From: Paraspadella gotoi
Taxonomy: Eukaryota > Animalia > Chaetognatha
Direction: 5' to 3'
Length of the DNA: 64,000 nucleotides
Assembly: GCA_051294375.1 (NCBI GenBank)
Contig: CM119266.1
Coordinates: 15,493,405 to 15,557,404, forward strand
The notes under the pieces were generated by a model, which had not been told where the DNA came from, searched no databases, and saw only the letters and a list, made by a program, of their open reading frames with translations. Position 1 is the stretch's first letter, and every line of letters begins with the position of its first letter. Positions 25,801 through 38,577 of this stretch are shown here, piece by piece. A program made the translations under genes and the position numbers.

Positions 25801-28800
25801 GATTAGTTTTCCCAGAGTCTCACTCGAGCTGCGCAAAGTGTCCAATCGCTTTTGGATTCTGCTGATCCTCGTGAGGTTCATCCTTTCCTTCTGCATCCGA
25901 AATTTCTTGAAACGCTGGGCCGACACTCTCTCTCTCTCTCTCTCTCNNNNNNNNNNNNNNNNNNNNNNNNNAGAGCAGAGATTACAGCTGAGCTTTTCTG
26001 ATTCGATCTGATCGCTTTTCATTCGTTCTTTTATGCTGGCCGTTGACTTCGGTCTCTAGCGAGCTTCCTCTACTGATTTTGCTCGGTAGTCCGTAAGTGA
26101 GCTTCTATTCGTGTAGGTTAAATATACAGAGGAACATTTCGCTAATTAAACCTTGAAAATTGTCTACCACTGATTGAGGCGTTGCTACCTTAAATATGAG
26201 GCCATGTGATGAGGGAAATCCAATCACATCATAGCTTCTCCAAATCGTTATCCTAAAAAACTAGTTTCAGAGCTCTTCGTCTTTTTCCCTTTTTTTTAAA
26301 ATTATTACTCCTTATAACATCTTGACTTGTTCAAGCTTACACTTCACCTGAATAAGGCGTTGCCTTTATGAAATAGCTATAACTTTTTCGCGTCAACTCT
26401 TACGTCAAGCTAAAAATTAAATCATTTAATTTAATTATTTAATTCCATTTAATTATGTAGTCGCAAATACTTTGGCGGTCATTCGTTCTACGTAGGCGGC
26501 TTAATTGTCGCATTCGTAAAACTTATTGATCTAGTATATCCCAACGCAGTCCTGCACTCGAGCTGAGCGCGCGGGCGAAAGTCGTCGGCAATGCAGATTT
26601 GGAATACTTGCTGGAGATCCTCCAGGTGAGGTCCTACACCAGTCTGGCCTTTCCTTCTGCGGATGACCCGAATTGACTTGGGATATCCCGCAGCAGCGGG
26701 GACTGGGCACCGACGTAGCTCTCAGCTGCAAACGCGCAAGTCAAAAGTATCCGAGGCCATTGCGCTCCTCCGCGGATAAAGTGCGTGTCTGCTCTCGACG
26801 TGGCTGTCTCTCAGCAGTCGTCTCTCTCTCTTCGCGCACGCGTCTCAGTCGAACCGGCTTAGATTTGTATCGTGAGATACAATTCGTACATAACATTCTC
26901 CCACGTCTCGATCTCTCTGTCTCCGTCGTTCTGTTTCTCTGAGAGCGCGCGAGGGCTCGAGTAGCGCCTTTGCTCACTCGGCCTTCTTTCGCTCGAATCG
27001 CATTGCGTATGGCTCTTCTTCCCTAGCAGATTTCTCGGATCGTCCTCGGTCTCTCTCTCGAGGTGGCGGGCTCTTTGCCTCGTCGTATCATTTTAGCTTG
27101 TCCAATGGTAAATTTTTTCCGTTTCTTCTTATATTCTTGTTTTTTTCGCGTGTCCCTCGGCATTTGCTTACCGAGTTGTCTTCAGTCGTCGTCGTGCGAT
27201 TCGTACGTCAGTCGTCGGTGCGTCAGTCGTCGTGCGTCGTCCGTCGTCGTCGTCGTCGTGGCCCGAAAAGGTCTTTATCTAAGTATCTATCTTTTTTTTA
27301 ATTCCACTGAAATAGTCTTTACCAAATTTTGATTGTCTATCAGAGACCAGTCTCAGTTAGCAAATTTGTTTCCTATCTCTCTGTTTCCCTGAAAACAATT
27401 AATTTTCTTTCTGAACTATTTGCCCCCTTTCCATGATAAATCTCGATTTCCCCACTGACTCATTGGGGCAATTTGGAAGAAGAAATGCAAAATGCTATTC
27501 CGGTGAACTGCGATCGGATTTTGTTCCGCTCCTTTTAATTCAACTAAATGAAAAAAACTTTCCTGAATTCTCACTTTGATATGAACTCACCTCTATTCGT
27601 GTCAAAATTCGATTGCGATACCTAACCTTTTTCACCTTTCTCTCTCTCTCTCNNNNNNNNNNNNNNNNNNNNNNNNNCCCCGACAAAGCAAATTTAATTT
27701 TGAAACCGGATGAAATATCGAATAGTAGATATATTAAAGCAACTGCGCGTGGTACGTGCGTGTTCGCTCTGGCCGCTTTAGCGGCCAGCTGCCGGGGGTG
27801 AGTCGTCGGAACATAGCTGCGATGCAGGAGTAGGAAGAGCAGCGCGGGTTGCCGAGGACGCCGACTACGCTTTGTCCCCCTTAAAAACGTTCCTATGAAA
27901 TTATTCTTCTTTTCCAACGGAAGGGGGAGGGAGAAAGAAAAACTCGGAGGTGGAGCTCGCGGGACTTCTGATAACAAAGTGCCGTTCATAGCATAGGCAA
28001 AATTTCCTAATTTGTATTTCTGTGTGTGTGGCCGGCGGCGGTCTGGCCGGTCGCCTGCGCGTTCGGAGCTAGCCGCAGCGTCCAGTTTGTGAACTGGTTG
28101 GTGATTTCAAGGGGATAAATCCCCGTCTATTTCGAGAGAACGCCTACGTACCCGACCGCTAAAGATAGACATTGCAGCTTTACACTGGGATCATTATGGA
28201 ACTCTCGGCGATGTGAAGCTCTTGATGGCGGCTTTTTTTTGTCTAGTTGCTCTGTCGCCGTCGTCATGAACTTTCTTATTTGCGTCGGTTGTGTCCCTGA
28301 TCGGTGCGTTGGATTGATTGGTTTTGGTTGTGTGCGTCAATGTTCGTTTCTTGATCGTTTCTTCAATCTGATGTCAATTCGTTTTAATCCGTTTCTGGCT
28401 TTTACAAACGTATGAGGCGTCATCCATGTAAATAAAAGAGCCTCAAGGGAAGATTCTCAATTATCAGGTGGTGTGGAAAAAAGATGCGCCAGCAGGTGAG
28501 GGCACGGCGACAGTTACGCGAGAGAATCCGCGTACGCAGCGTTTCCGCCGCGCGCCGGCGGAGCCAGCTTTAGTATTTCGCTGAGGTATCTCATCCAGTA
28601 AGATTACAAATCGAGGTAGCCGATGAGGAGTTATCTCTCTCTTGAGGATTTCGATAATTATTATTTAGAATAAATTATGTTTGTATCTTCTCGCTGAGTG
28701 AGAGCGTTCGATATTGTTCAACCTTAATCATGCGACCCATGATATTGTACTCGTCGGGCAGTTGCAACTGGCTCTTGAATTCTATTTACTGTTCACTAAT

Positions 28801-31800
28801 TTTTTATTCGTTTTTTTGAATGTCAAGTTAACTTTCTCTCTCTCCATACTCTCAAGGTCTCTTCTTCTCTCTTCTCTCTCCTCTTTTTTCTTTTTCCTCT
28901 CCTTTTTCTTTCTTTTCTCTACATCTATTCCCGTTCTCTTCTACTATCATCAGATCTCTTCACTACTTCCAGCCCTTCTCGATTTTTTCTCCATTCTCAT
29001 CCCACTCCCATATCACTCTCTAACATCAATCGGAAGATAACGCTATTCACCATGGCACCTTATAGAGTGAAAAAAGGCTTCAAAAATCACCAGGTTCATG
29101 ATCTCATCAGACTCTTCTTTCACCGAGCCGGCGCGAAGAAGCTGAGGTGGCTAATACTGAAAGTGTTTATGGTCGTATATATTACACAACAATGTAAGGT
29201 TACTTTGGAGATTAATATAACGATTTATAATAAGGGAAACTAGCATGGGAGGTGGAACTGTACGATCAGAAGGCTCAGTTCGAGGCGATGCATGAAATTG
29301 CTGGAGAATCGCGTCGAGAGACGGGACGGTCAGGTCGCAGATCAACGGCGCGGGTCCGAGGTCATTACCAGCAGATGTGCCTCATCCCAGATTCGATGGC
29401 CGTCTCGCAGCATTCGTTGGCCAGAGTCGACTTGCTATCCGTCCGTATGCCATCTCAGGATTTAGCGTCATCCATTTCTCCGCCAATTTCTTGAAATTTG
29501 GAACTCGATTTCGCGTAACGCAATATTTTCAAAACGGAAAAAAAAAAAGAACTCAAAATAACTCGGTGTAACTCAGTTCGCTTCCTTTTGATTTATTCCA
29601 TCATTGTCGTACACTCCCGCTCCATTCATTTTCGTTTGAACCCCAGAATAAAAACGACAGGCCAGGAAGGGACTAAAGAATCAATAGAAAACAATTGATA
29701 GTTAAAAATGTATAATAAAAAACACCTTTTTTCTATTCTCATCTTGACCGCGATTGGTTTTGTGATGCACTCGACGTCCGTCTGATCGGTGCTTGATCCT
29801 CTGCTTGAATCGTGATCCGTAAGCGTTGACACGTTTTGCTCTTTTCTTCTGAAAATTCGAAAAACAAATATAATATGAAATATTAAAAAAAATGTTATTA
29901 TAAAAGGATTTATAACAAACGATTTAAAGTCGAAGAAGCGAATTAACGCTTAATACGAATCTTTCCCCTCACGCGCGTGCCAACGACTTGGCAACGAATC
30001 GCCGCCAGGACAGTTAATTGAGTTTGATCAATCCTAAATAACTATATCACTTATTACGTTAGATTTTGTCGCCGAGGGAAAAAAGCGGCTTTACGAGTTG
30101 CTAGTCGCGCGACGCAACGAAGAAGCGGGAAAAAGATTACCGATTGATTGTCGCAATACGTTTGAGATGAGGCGACGTAAGCTACTGAAGCCGTCCAAAG
30201 GCCGAACGTAAACACAACAGACGATCATCATGTGAGGCTCGTTTTGTCAAGGTCTTCTCCTATCGTCATCGAACTCACTCTTAAGCTCATCGTTTTTTCA
30301 TCCTGAGAGGTTCTCCTGCATCACATTCACCACTTCATCCACGCGACCCCACCCAACCTCACCTGTTCAACGGGCTGGTCTCGGTGATGGTCCCGTCTCT
30401 GGATCGATGGCCGAAGCGTCTCTCGTCTCCGGCGAGAGAGGAGCGAGTTAGCGAAACGCGCGTCTGAGGCCCAAGTTGACGCCCGTGTCTTCGTCGACGG
30501 CTTTCACCTGACGACGGGAAAATGAAAGCTAAACGACACGAAATAACAAATCAAACGAAAGAGGATCGAACGAGACTCACGGAATTTGTTGTGCAACGAA
30601 AATACGATCGGAGTCAATTTACGGTTTTTCTAACTCCCGCCGCTCTCTGTCAACCCATTGGAAAAAATCGGTTCGGGACCGCGCGATAAATTAAACAAAT
30701 GTAAACAAACAAATAAACGCGGAGTCCATCGAGACAGATTGGTTTTTTTTTTTTTTTTCGTCCGCCGCTCGGAGAAACGTAAACAAAGCGACTTGGGGTG
30801 GGGGCGGGGGGGGGGTAGGCGGGGAGGAAAGGAAATGAAATCGACGAATTTCTTCATTTTTATTTTTCAACTCAGGCATGTTCGACTATGTAAGAATTAG
30901 AAAAAAAGACGAAGAGAAAAGGATAGAAAGAGATGAACAAGAGGGAGAGATAGAAAGAGAGAAATACCGCACGGTAAAAAAGTAGTTATGTACGAAAAGT
31001 GAAAAAGAAAACAAGGGTGGAAAAAATTCAATGGGAGTCGAATAGAAATTGATCGGAACCTATCTCGCTGTTATTCTTTGTATTCATGAGACCAAAGGAA
31101 CCTAGTAAAATATATACTTCTCGCGCGATGCCTCGAACCGAGAACAGCGGCGTCGTAAGGCGGCGTCATCCCGCCACGTCAAATAAAGAGAAAAGGGAAC
31201 AAGAAAACGCCGCAAGCGGTGACTATAAGCCGATCAAACTTTTTCTTCCTCATTTTTTTTAAATTTTTAATTAGGAAACGAGAGATTTTTTTTCCTCGGG
31301 AACAAAAGACTTCGCTGTAAAGTGGAAGGAGAATTAAAAATTCCCCACAGTGAGACAAAAATTTAAGTTAGAGAAAAAGAAAGAAAACTTGCAAACATAA
31401 TTTATTTTTTATTTAATAACGAAAATGAGAAGGTTTGAAACAGGAAGTAGTAGAAAACAACTCATACTTGAAACATAACACCGTCGATTAGTTTAATGGA
31501 ATAGACATCGACGAAAATGAACATAACAAAAAAACGTTTTTATCGCTTGTCGGAAAATAATAAACAAAGGACGTAAAACAAAAAGAATGAAAAAAAAGAA
31601 ACGAGCGCGAAGAAATTTAACACAAAAAGATGGAACGACGTCAAAGGAAAAAAGAAAAAGAAGAATGAAAAAAAAAGAAAGAAAAAAAAAACAATGAATA
31701 AATAAGGAAAAAGAAGGAGAAGAAAACCTTGAGCCAATGATCGAGGAAGACAAAATAGCGATTAACAGAAGACAACGTTTAACGATTTAGCGAAGACTAA

Positions 31801-34800
31801 TTGAAATACAAAAAAAAATTAACGAAAAATGTAACGATTAGTCAGAGAGAGTGTGATATCCGAACGAAACAAAAAGTAAATTATAAAAAAGAAAGAAATC
31901 ACAGAAATAATAAGGACAGTAAACGGTTTTGTTTTTGTTTCTTTATGCGATGTCGTCAGTTCAAGCCGTGTTCCGTAATGAGCATGTTGTCGCAGTCCTT
32001 TATTGCTGCTCGTCGGTGTATCGTGTGTTTTTTTTGGTGAGTGTTCTTTGTGGGTGTTTTTGTTTGATGTTTGTACAGTGATTCTGTTTTGTCATATTCT
32101 GGGGAAGTTTTCTGTTGAGGGGTGTGGTATGCCCGTCGTTGTGTGTTATATACTATACGGTTGTCTTTTTTTTAAGCTGTCTTATATGTTCTTTTTAGAT
32201 TTATTTGTTTGTGTTGTGTGTTTAGTTCTGTATTTGTTTTGTTGTGGTTTGGTGTCCAAATCGCTTTTGGATTCGGATTTCCACTCGTCTCCCGTGAGGT
32301 TCATCGCTTCTATGCTCCGGAAATTTCTTGAAACGCGCTGGGCCGACACCTCCTCTCTCTGTCTTCTCTTCTTCTCCTCCTTTCCCTCCTCAGTTCCCGC
32401 TCCTCCTCTCTCTCTCTCTCCTCTCTCTCCTCTCTCTCCTCCTCTCTCCCCCGCTCTCTTTCTATCTTCATGTTGTCTGTTTTTTTTTTTTTTTATGATT
32501 CGCTTCTACCCTTGCTCAACAAGATCATCTATTCGACTCAAATTCGAATTGATATCTATTCTTTCTCTCTCAGGTTTCTCTCTCCTCTCTTCCTCCCTCT
32601 TCCTACCACCCCCCCCTCTCTCAATTTACTTTCATGTCTGGTTAATTTTTTTTGGATCTTCTATTATTTTTTTCCGCCCTCGACAGCTTTTGATTGTGTG
32701 TTTCTGATCTTTGTTGGGTGTCTTGTGTGTATCTGTATTGGTTGCTAGTTGTTTGTCTTGATTGTTGTTTGATCGGTGGGGTTTTTTCTGGGATTTCTGT
32801 GTGTTGTCGATTTTTTCTCTTTGTATGGGTCCTCGCACATTACCAGTAGTCTCCGTCGTGTCATCGTCGGTCGTATCGTCGTCGGCGTCCGCGCGTTTAC
32901 ACAGTATTACTCTGAATCGCTCTCCAAGCACGTGGCCAAGGTTCTTTTTCGGTCTATTCTTTTTTGTTTTAAATTCCACCTGAAATGGTCTCACCAAATT
33001 TGATATTGTACTATCAAGACCTAGTCTCAGTTAGCAAATTGTTTCCATAATCTCTCTGTTTTCCCTGAAAACAATTAAGTTTCTTTCTGATACTATTTGC
33101 CCCCTTCCATGTATATAATTCTCGAAAATTTTCCCATCCTCTGACTCATTGGTCGGCAATTTGGAAGATAGAAGAATGCAAATGCTTTCGTGTTGAACTG
33201 CCCGACGGATTTTGTTTTAAGTTCCCACTTCCTTTTTTAATTCAACTAAATGGAAAGAAACTTCCCATTGAAATTTTCTCACTTTGATTATTGAACTCAC
33301 CCTCCCTCTATTCGTCAGCTGTCAAAATTTCGAGCGATAACCCTACCCTTTCTTCACCTTTCTCTCTCTCTCTCTTTCTCTCTCTCTCTTTCTCTCTCTC
33401 GGCTCTTTCTCCTTCCCTCTTCCCCCCTTCTCCCTCTCCTCCTTTTCTTCCCTTCAATCTTTTCCCTTCCCTTCTCTCCCCTCTCTTTTCTCTCCCTCTC
33501 TCTCTCTCCCCCTCCTTTCTCTCTCTCCCTCCCCTCCCCTCCTCTCTCTCCTCTCCTCCTCCCCCTGCCTCCCCCTCCCTCTTCTCTCTCTCTCTCTCTT
33601 CTCTCTCTCTTCCGCTCCCTCTCTCTCTCTTCTCTCTCTTGCTCATATAATCTATTTCCCCTTCTTCCTGTTCCTTCTTTCCCCTCTCTCTGCCTCTGGA
33701 CCTTGCAACACGTGGGTAGGCGCTGAAGATTTTAACGCGCGACACGTCAGAACTCGTAGTGTTGGCATTTTTTTACCGCCTCCTTCGGCGACGGACCGGA
33801 GTTCCTACCCACTTATTTCCATTCCCTAATTTCTTTCTTCTTTCTTCTTTCTTTTCTTTCTTTTTTTTCTTTTTCTTTCTTTCTTTTTTTCTTTTCTTTC
33901 TTTTTTCTTTATCTTTCTTTCTTTTTTTCTTTCTTTTTCTTTCTTTCTTTCTTCTTTTCCTTTCTTTCTTTTCTTTCTTTCTTTTCTTTCTTTTCTTTCT
34001 TTTCTTTCTTTCTTTCTTTCTTTCTCTCCCTCTCTCTTATCGTCGGATTCTATTTTATGTCCTCTAGCGTTTTATTATTCATGTCTTCCCAGACAGTGAA
34101 AAATTTCTCATTCCCCAAAAGTAAAGTTTTTTTATTATAAGTTATAATATTAAGTCTGAGTTAAAAAGTTAAAAAGATTTTAAAAGCTATTTTTCTTGAG
34201 TGTTGAGACAATTTTTTTAATGTACTATTTGTTGATTATCTTGATACCTTTTTTTTTCACCAGGTGATTCAAGCGCCACTAGCGGAAGACGCGCAACCTG
34301 GGTCGCTCGTGACGACAGTTCAAGCGACAGACCCGGATGGAGACGGCGTTTTGTTTAGTTTCAAAGGTAAGGATTAATCTACATACGTCTTTTTAGTAGA
34401 TTATGAAACCCATAACATTAATAATTTTTGTGTTGTTAGGAGGTCAAACCGAGCAAAATTACTTCGTGATCGACGAGGTTTCCGGCGTGATCAGATTAAA
34501 GTCGCCGGGACCCATCGATCTCAGTGAAAACTTTTACACCCTCAACGTCACGGCCAAAGGTAAGTGCCGCATCGGTGTCGAGTGAGTGAAGCTTCGAAGA
34601 GGCGAGGTCGTTGGCTTCCTTTCGAATCCCACTTAACGAACCGTGAATTAAAAAAAGAACGAAGAAAAAAAATCACATTTCCGCGCGGATTCTCTTTTTC
34701 CTTTCCTTTTTCCTTTTTTTTTTATATATTCCTTTTATTCTCCCTATTCCTTTTTTTTGTTTCGATTCCATTTTTGCTTCACCTCCGTCGCGCCGTCTTT

Positions 34801-34946
34801 TGTTTCTTCCAGTTTGTGATTTTGTTTTCCGCCTCGAGCCAAATCCGCGCGAAAATTCAAGAGGCGAGAAACAGGAAGGAAGAGTGCTCGCTCGGTTTTT
34901 ATCCGGCTCACGGCCTTTTATCCTCACTCACTTTTTAGCGCCAACC

Positions 34947-34993
<47 letters not shown>

Positions 34994-37914
34994 CCTTCCT
35001 TCTAAAGCACTAAAAAAATCCTGGACGATTTCGATTTACTTTTCACGATTTGAAGAGGAATTTCGAGGAGCCCTATCCTCGTTTCAGCTCTCATGGAAAG
35101 TGCGATGACCTTCTCTGATTGTCGACATTTTACAGCACCCGCGAGTGCGTGTGTCGGAACTCGAGAGAAAGAATAATAATATATTTACAGAGAGCGAGCA
35201 AGTCTATTAGTGAACTTTTTTTTTCCCTGAGGCGTCAAGTTGAATACAATACCTATCTTGAGATTGCTTGGTGCTTGTTGCTTGACATGTTTGAATGACA
35301 CTCGTTTGAATGGATCTTAATGTTTGATGCTAGATTTAACTGAATTTCCTTTTCTTTTCGATGCTTATCTTTAAAAATTCCATCTCCTTTTCATCCTTCA
35401 ATCTTTTCCTCCTTCATTTTCTTCCTTACCTGAACATTTTGCTCTCTTTCTTACTCCCTCTTACATCTGTTTCCCTCCTCCACCTCACTTTTCTTCTCAT
35501 CTTTTCCCTTTTTACTTTGAACTTATCTATCCCTCTTCTCATTTTTCTTTCCCGCAATCTCCCTTTCCTCCCTAGACGACGGGACGTGCTGCAGCCCCGA
35601 CAACCGCATCCGCCTCAGCAGCGAGGCGCTGGTCCTCGTCCAGATCCAGGACGTCAACAACAAGAAGCCCCACTTTCCAAACTGCACACGTTACAGCCCC
35701 ATGGTGTACGAGAACGAGCCCAGGGGCACCCACGTCATCACGGTCAGTCTTTCTTTCTTTCTCTTATTTTCTGTAGTCTTAATTTCTTTTTCTTTTTTCA
35801 TTATTTTACCGTTTATCTCGTCTTTTATTTCTGTTGATTTCTTTCTTTTTTATAATTTACTTTTTTTTTCGTTCGGATATCACACTCTTCTCTTGACTAA
35901 TTCGTTACATTTTTCGTTAATTCTTTTTTTGTATTTCAATTTAGTCTTCGCTAAATCGTTAAACGTTGTCTTCTGTTAATCGCTATTTTGTCTTCCCTCG
36001 ATCATTGGCTCAAGGTTTTCTTCTCCTTTCTTTTTCCTATTTATTCATTGTTTTTTTTTCTTTTCTTTTTTTTTCATTCTTCTTTTTCTTTTTTTCCTTT
36101 GACGTCGTTCCATCTTTTTGTGTTAAATTTCTTCGCGCTCGTTTCTTTTTTTTTCATTCTTTTGTTTACGTCCTTTGTTTTTATCTTTCCGACAAGCGAT
36201 AAAAACGTTTTGTTTTATGTTTTCATTTCGTCGATGTCTATTCTATTAAACTAATCGACGGTGTTATGTTTCAAGTATGAGTTGTTTTCTACTACTTCCT
36301 GTTTCAAACCTTTCTCATTTCGTTATTAAATAAAAAATAAATTATGTTTGCATAGTTTCTTTCTTTTTTTCTTACTTAAATTTTTTCTCAACTGTGGGGA
36401 ATTTTTAATTTCTCCTTCCACTTTACAGCGAAGTCTTTTGTTGCCGAGGAAAAAAATCTCTCGTTTCCTATTAAAAATTTAAAAAAATGAGGAAGAAAAA
36501 GTTTGATCGGCTTATAGTCACCGGCTTGCGGCGTTTTCTTGCTTTCCTTTCTCTCTTTATTTGACGTGGCGGGGATGACGCCGCCTTACGACGCCGTATT
36601 CTCGGGTTCGAGGCATCGCGCGAGAAGTATATATTTTACTAAGGTTCCCTTTGGTCTCATGAATACAAGAATAACAGCGGAAAGGTTCCCGAGTTTCTAT
36701 TCGACTCCCATTGAATTTTTTTCCCCTTGTTTTCTTTTTCACTTTTTCGTACATAACTACATTTTTACCGTGCGGTATTTCTCTCTTTCTATCTCTCCCT
36801 CTTGTTCATCTCTTTCTATCTTTCTCTTCGTCTTTTTTCTAATTCTTACATAGTCGAACATGCCTGAGTTGAAAAATTGAGAAATTCCTCGACTCATTTT
36901 CTTTCCTCCCCGCCTCCCCCCCCCCGCCCCCACCCCAAGTCGTTTGTTTACGTTTCTCCGACGGGCGGGCGAAAAAAAAAAGAAAACCAATCTGTCTCGA
37001 TGGACTCCGCGTTTATTTGTTTGTTTACATTTGTTTTATTTATCGCGCGGTCCCGAACCGATTTTTTCCAATGGGTTGACGAGACGGCGGGGAGTTAGAA
37101 AAACCGTAAATTGACTCCGATCGTATTTTCGTTGCACAACAAATTCCGTGAGTCTCGTTCCGATCCTCTTTCGTTTGATTTGTTATTTCGTGTCGTTTAC
37201 TTTCATTTTCCCGTCGTCAGGTGAAAGCCGTCGACGAAGACACGGGCGTCAACGGCGACGTTCGCTACTCGCTCCTCTCTCGGCCGGGAGACGAGAGACG
37301 CTTCGCCATCGATCCAGAGACGGGGACCATCACGACCACGCAGCCGTTGAACAGGTGAGGTTGGGTGAGGGTCGCGTGATGAGTGGTGAATGTGATGCGA
37401 GGAGAACCTCTCAGGATGAAAAACGATGAGCTTAAGAGCGGAGAACCTTGACAAAACAAGTCACAGTGATGATCGGTTGTTGTGTTTCGCTTCGGCTTTG
37501 GCGGCTTCAGTAGCTTACGTCGCTCATCTCAAACGGTATTAGCGACAATCATCGGTAATCTTTTTCCTCGCTTCTTCCGTTGGCGTCGCGACTCAACTCG
37601 TAAGCCGCTTTTTCCCTCGGCGACAAAATAACGTAATAAGTGATATAGTTATTAGGTTGATCAAACTCAATTAACTGTCTCGCGGATTCGTTGCCAAGTC
37701 GTTGCACGCGCGTGAGGGGGAAAAGATTCGTATTAACGTTAATTCGCTTCTTCGACTTTAATCGTTGTGTAATATAATCTTTTAATATTAACATTTTTTT
37801 TAATATTTCATATTATATTGTTTTCGATTTTCAGAGAAAACGAGCAAAACGTTCACGCTTACGGAATCACGATTCAAGCTGAGGATCAAGCGACGTCGAG
37901 TCAGAAACTCGCGG
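17200..37914 (+). CDS. CadN: DN-cadherin-like (type III classical) cadherin, partial: 13 internal exons, ~540 aa, ~5 EC repeats
   Basis: Exons 17200-17289, 17689-17784, 17923-18020, 19268-19419, 19969-20118, 21656-21839, 22057-22160, 23225-23372, 34264-34366, 34440-34559, 35576-35742, 37221-37354, 37835-37914; all GT-AG with compatible phases (1626 nt). Cadherin motifs DVNDEVPVF, ATDPD, LDYE, DVNDNVPTF. Collinear with Drosophila DN-cadherin as recalled: NEPKPFQAVV, KAKSF, KNRNDEAPVF, LNVTAKDDGTCC, AVDEDTGVNG. Symbol denotes family, not proven orthology. Confidence 0.9.
18265..18345 (-). mobile_element. tRNA-derived (SINE head-like) sequence in cadherin intron
   Basis: Minus strand reads GGTCGGGTGGTTTGGTGGTTCGGCG...GCGAGGTTCGAAACCTCACC: A-box-like element plus B-box in a perfect T-arm (GAGG-TTCGAAA-CCTC); anticodon arm does not fold. 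Confidence 0.5.
19268..20118 (+). CDS. Cadherin exons 4-5 (19268-19419, 19969-20118)
   Basis: VSAEDVNAPGGGTSQRTKTETLSIKVGDRPPQFFRDKYRVHVPESAAPNF / VVTVKAKSFFSRPIVYEL...SGEVVLLKSLDYED. Confidence 0.88.
20360..21595 (+). repeat. Noisy direct duplicate of ~21595-22800 including frameshifted copies of cadherin exons 6 and 7
   Basis: Same exon and intron sequence with dense 1-nt indels; lies between two 25-N gaps (20136-20160, 22517-22541). Confidence 0.85.
21656..23372 (+). CDS. Cadherin exons 6-8 (21656-21839, 22057-22160, 23225-23372)
   Basis: NHRSFNLIVTARENVIGGLSSTVDVQVQVQDVNDNVPTF...GTLIIK / VTATDTDSGENSEIVYQLDNDFFSILPSGEIRSA / RLDYELNQDHMYRFTVTARDRGHPSHTGTALVRVSMKNRNDEAPVFNQL. Confidence 0.9.
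23455..23570 (+). repeat. Dispersed ~115-bp intronic repeat; second copy at ~50045-50155
   Basis: TGTAAGAGTGAT...GCCTTAAACC.CCAAAG.CTGTCCAAAG.CAGGGGCAAGATAGCTTATTTATTAAAT shared by both loci, with substitutions. Confidence 0.75.
24688..25264 (+). mobile_element. Internally deleted Tc1/mariner-family DNA transposon (577 bp)
   Basis: Perfect 25-bp TIRs (CTATCTAGGAAAAAAGTATATCACA / TGTGATATACTTTTTTCCTAGATAG) flanked by TA on both sides. ~25103-25177 encodes LNSLYKSMPKQMQAVIDTKKGHTKY, resembling the Tc1 transposase C-terminus (SMPxRxxAVIxAKGGxTKY). Confidence 0.9.
27680..31925 (-). repeat. Inverted, increasingly noisy copy of ~35810-39300 including cadherin exons 12 and 13
   Basis: 30360-30510 is the reverse complement of exon 37221-37354; ~29740-29850 of exon 37835-37914; 28480-28590 of ~38720-38830. 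Similarity decays toward the 25-N gap at 27653-27677. Confidence 0.85.
34264..35742 (+). CDS. Cadherin exons 9-11 (34264-34366, 34440-34559, 35576-35742)
   Basis: VIQAPLAEDAQPGSLVTTVQATDPDGDGVLFSFK / GQTEQNYFVIDEVSGVIRLK...YTLNVTAK / DGTCCSPDNRIRLSSEALVLVQIQDVNNKKPHFPNCTRYSPMVYENEPRGTHVIT. Confidence 0.9.
37221..37914 (+). CDS. Cadherin exons 12-13 (37221-37354, 37835-37914)
   Basis: VKAVDEDTGVNGDVRYSLLSRPGDERRFAIDPETGTITTTQPLN / ENEQNVHAYGITIQAEDQATSSQKLA. Confidence 0.88.
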
Positions 37915-38191
37915 GTGAGTTTGAGAATAAAAAAAGTGTTTTAATTATTACATTTTTAACTATGCAATTTTTTTCTATTGATTCTTTGTCCTTCCTGGCT
38001 GTCGTTTTTATTCTTGGGTTCAACGAAATGATGGCGGGATGTTACGACAATGATGGAATCAAACAAAAGGAAACGAACCTGAGTTATTTTGAGTTCATTT
38101 TTTTTTTTCGTTTTGAAAAATATCGGTTACCGAATCGAGTTCCCAAATTTCAAGAATTGGCGGGAGGAAAAAAACTAGGATGAAGCATAAA

Positions 38192-38305
38192 ATCTGAGAT
38201 GAGGCATCGAATCTGGGATGAGGCATCGAATCTGAGATGAGGCATCGAATCTGAGACGAGGCATCGAATCTGGGATGAGGCATCGAATCTGGGATGAGGC
38301 ATCGA
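38192..38305. repeat. 19-bp minisatellite x6 (ATCTGRGATGAGGCATCGA)
   Basis: Tandem units starting at 38192, 38211 and onward. Confidence 0.9.
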
Positions 38306-38507
38306 CGTCTGCGACTGAATGACCTCTCTCCGATTTCTCTTTCCTCTAAACTGCCTTCGATCTTATCTCTCGTCAATCAGTCTCCAAAGATAACCGCCCT
38401 CTCCTCTTTCCTCTTTCGGTGGTGAAAGCGAATCACCGGGTTTTTGACCTTTTCCTTCTTGGTGATTCGATATTTAGGAAGGAGGGAGATGGGAAAGAGA
38501 AGGGCTG

Positions 38508-38577
<70 letters not shown>

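Noticed and set aside
25972-27652. Local duplications of 25420-25930 and 32770-33360
   Set aside because: Bounded by 25-N gaps and heavily error-laden; assembly redundancy.
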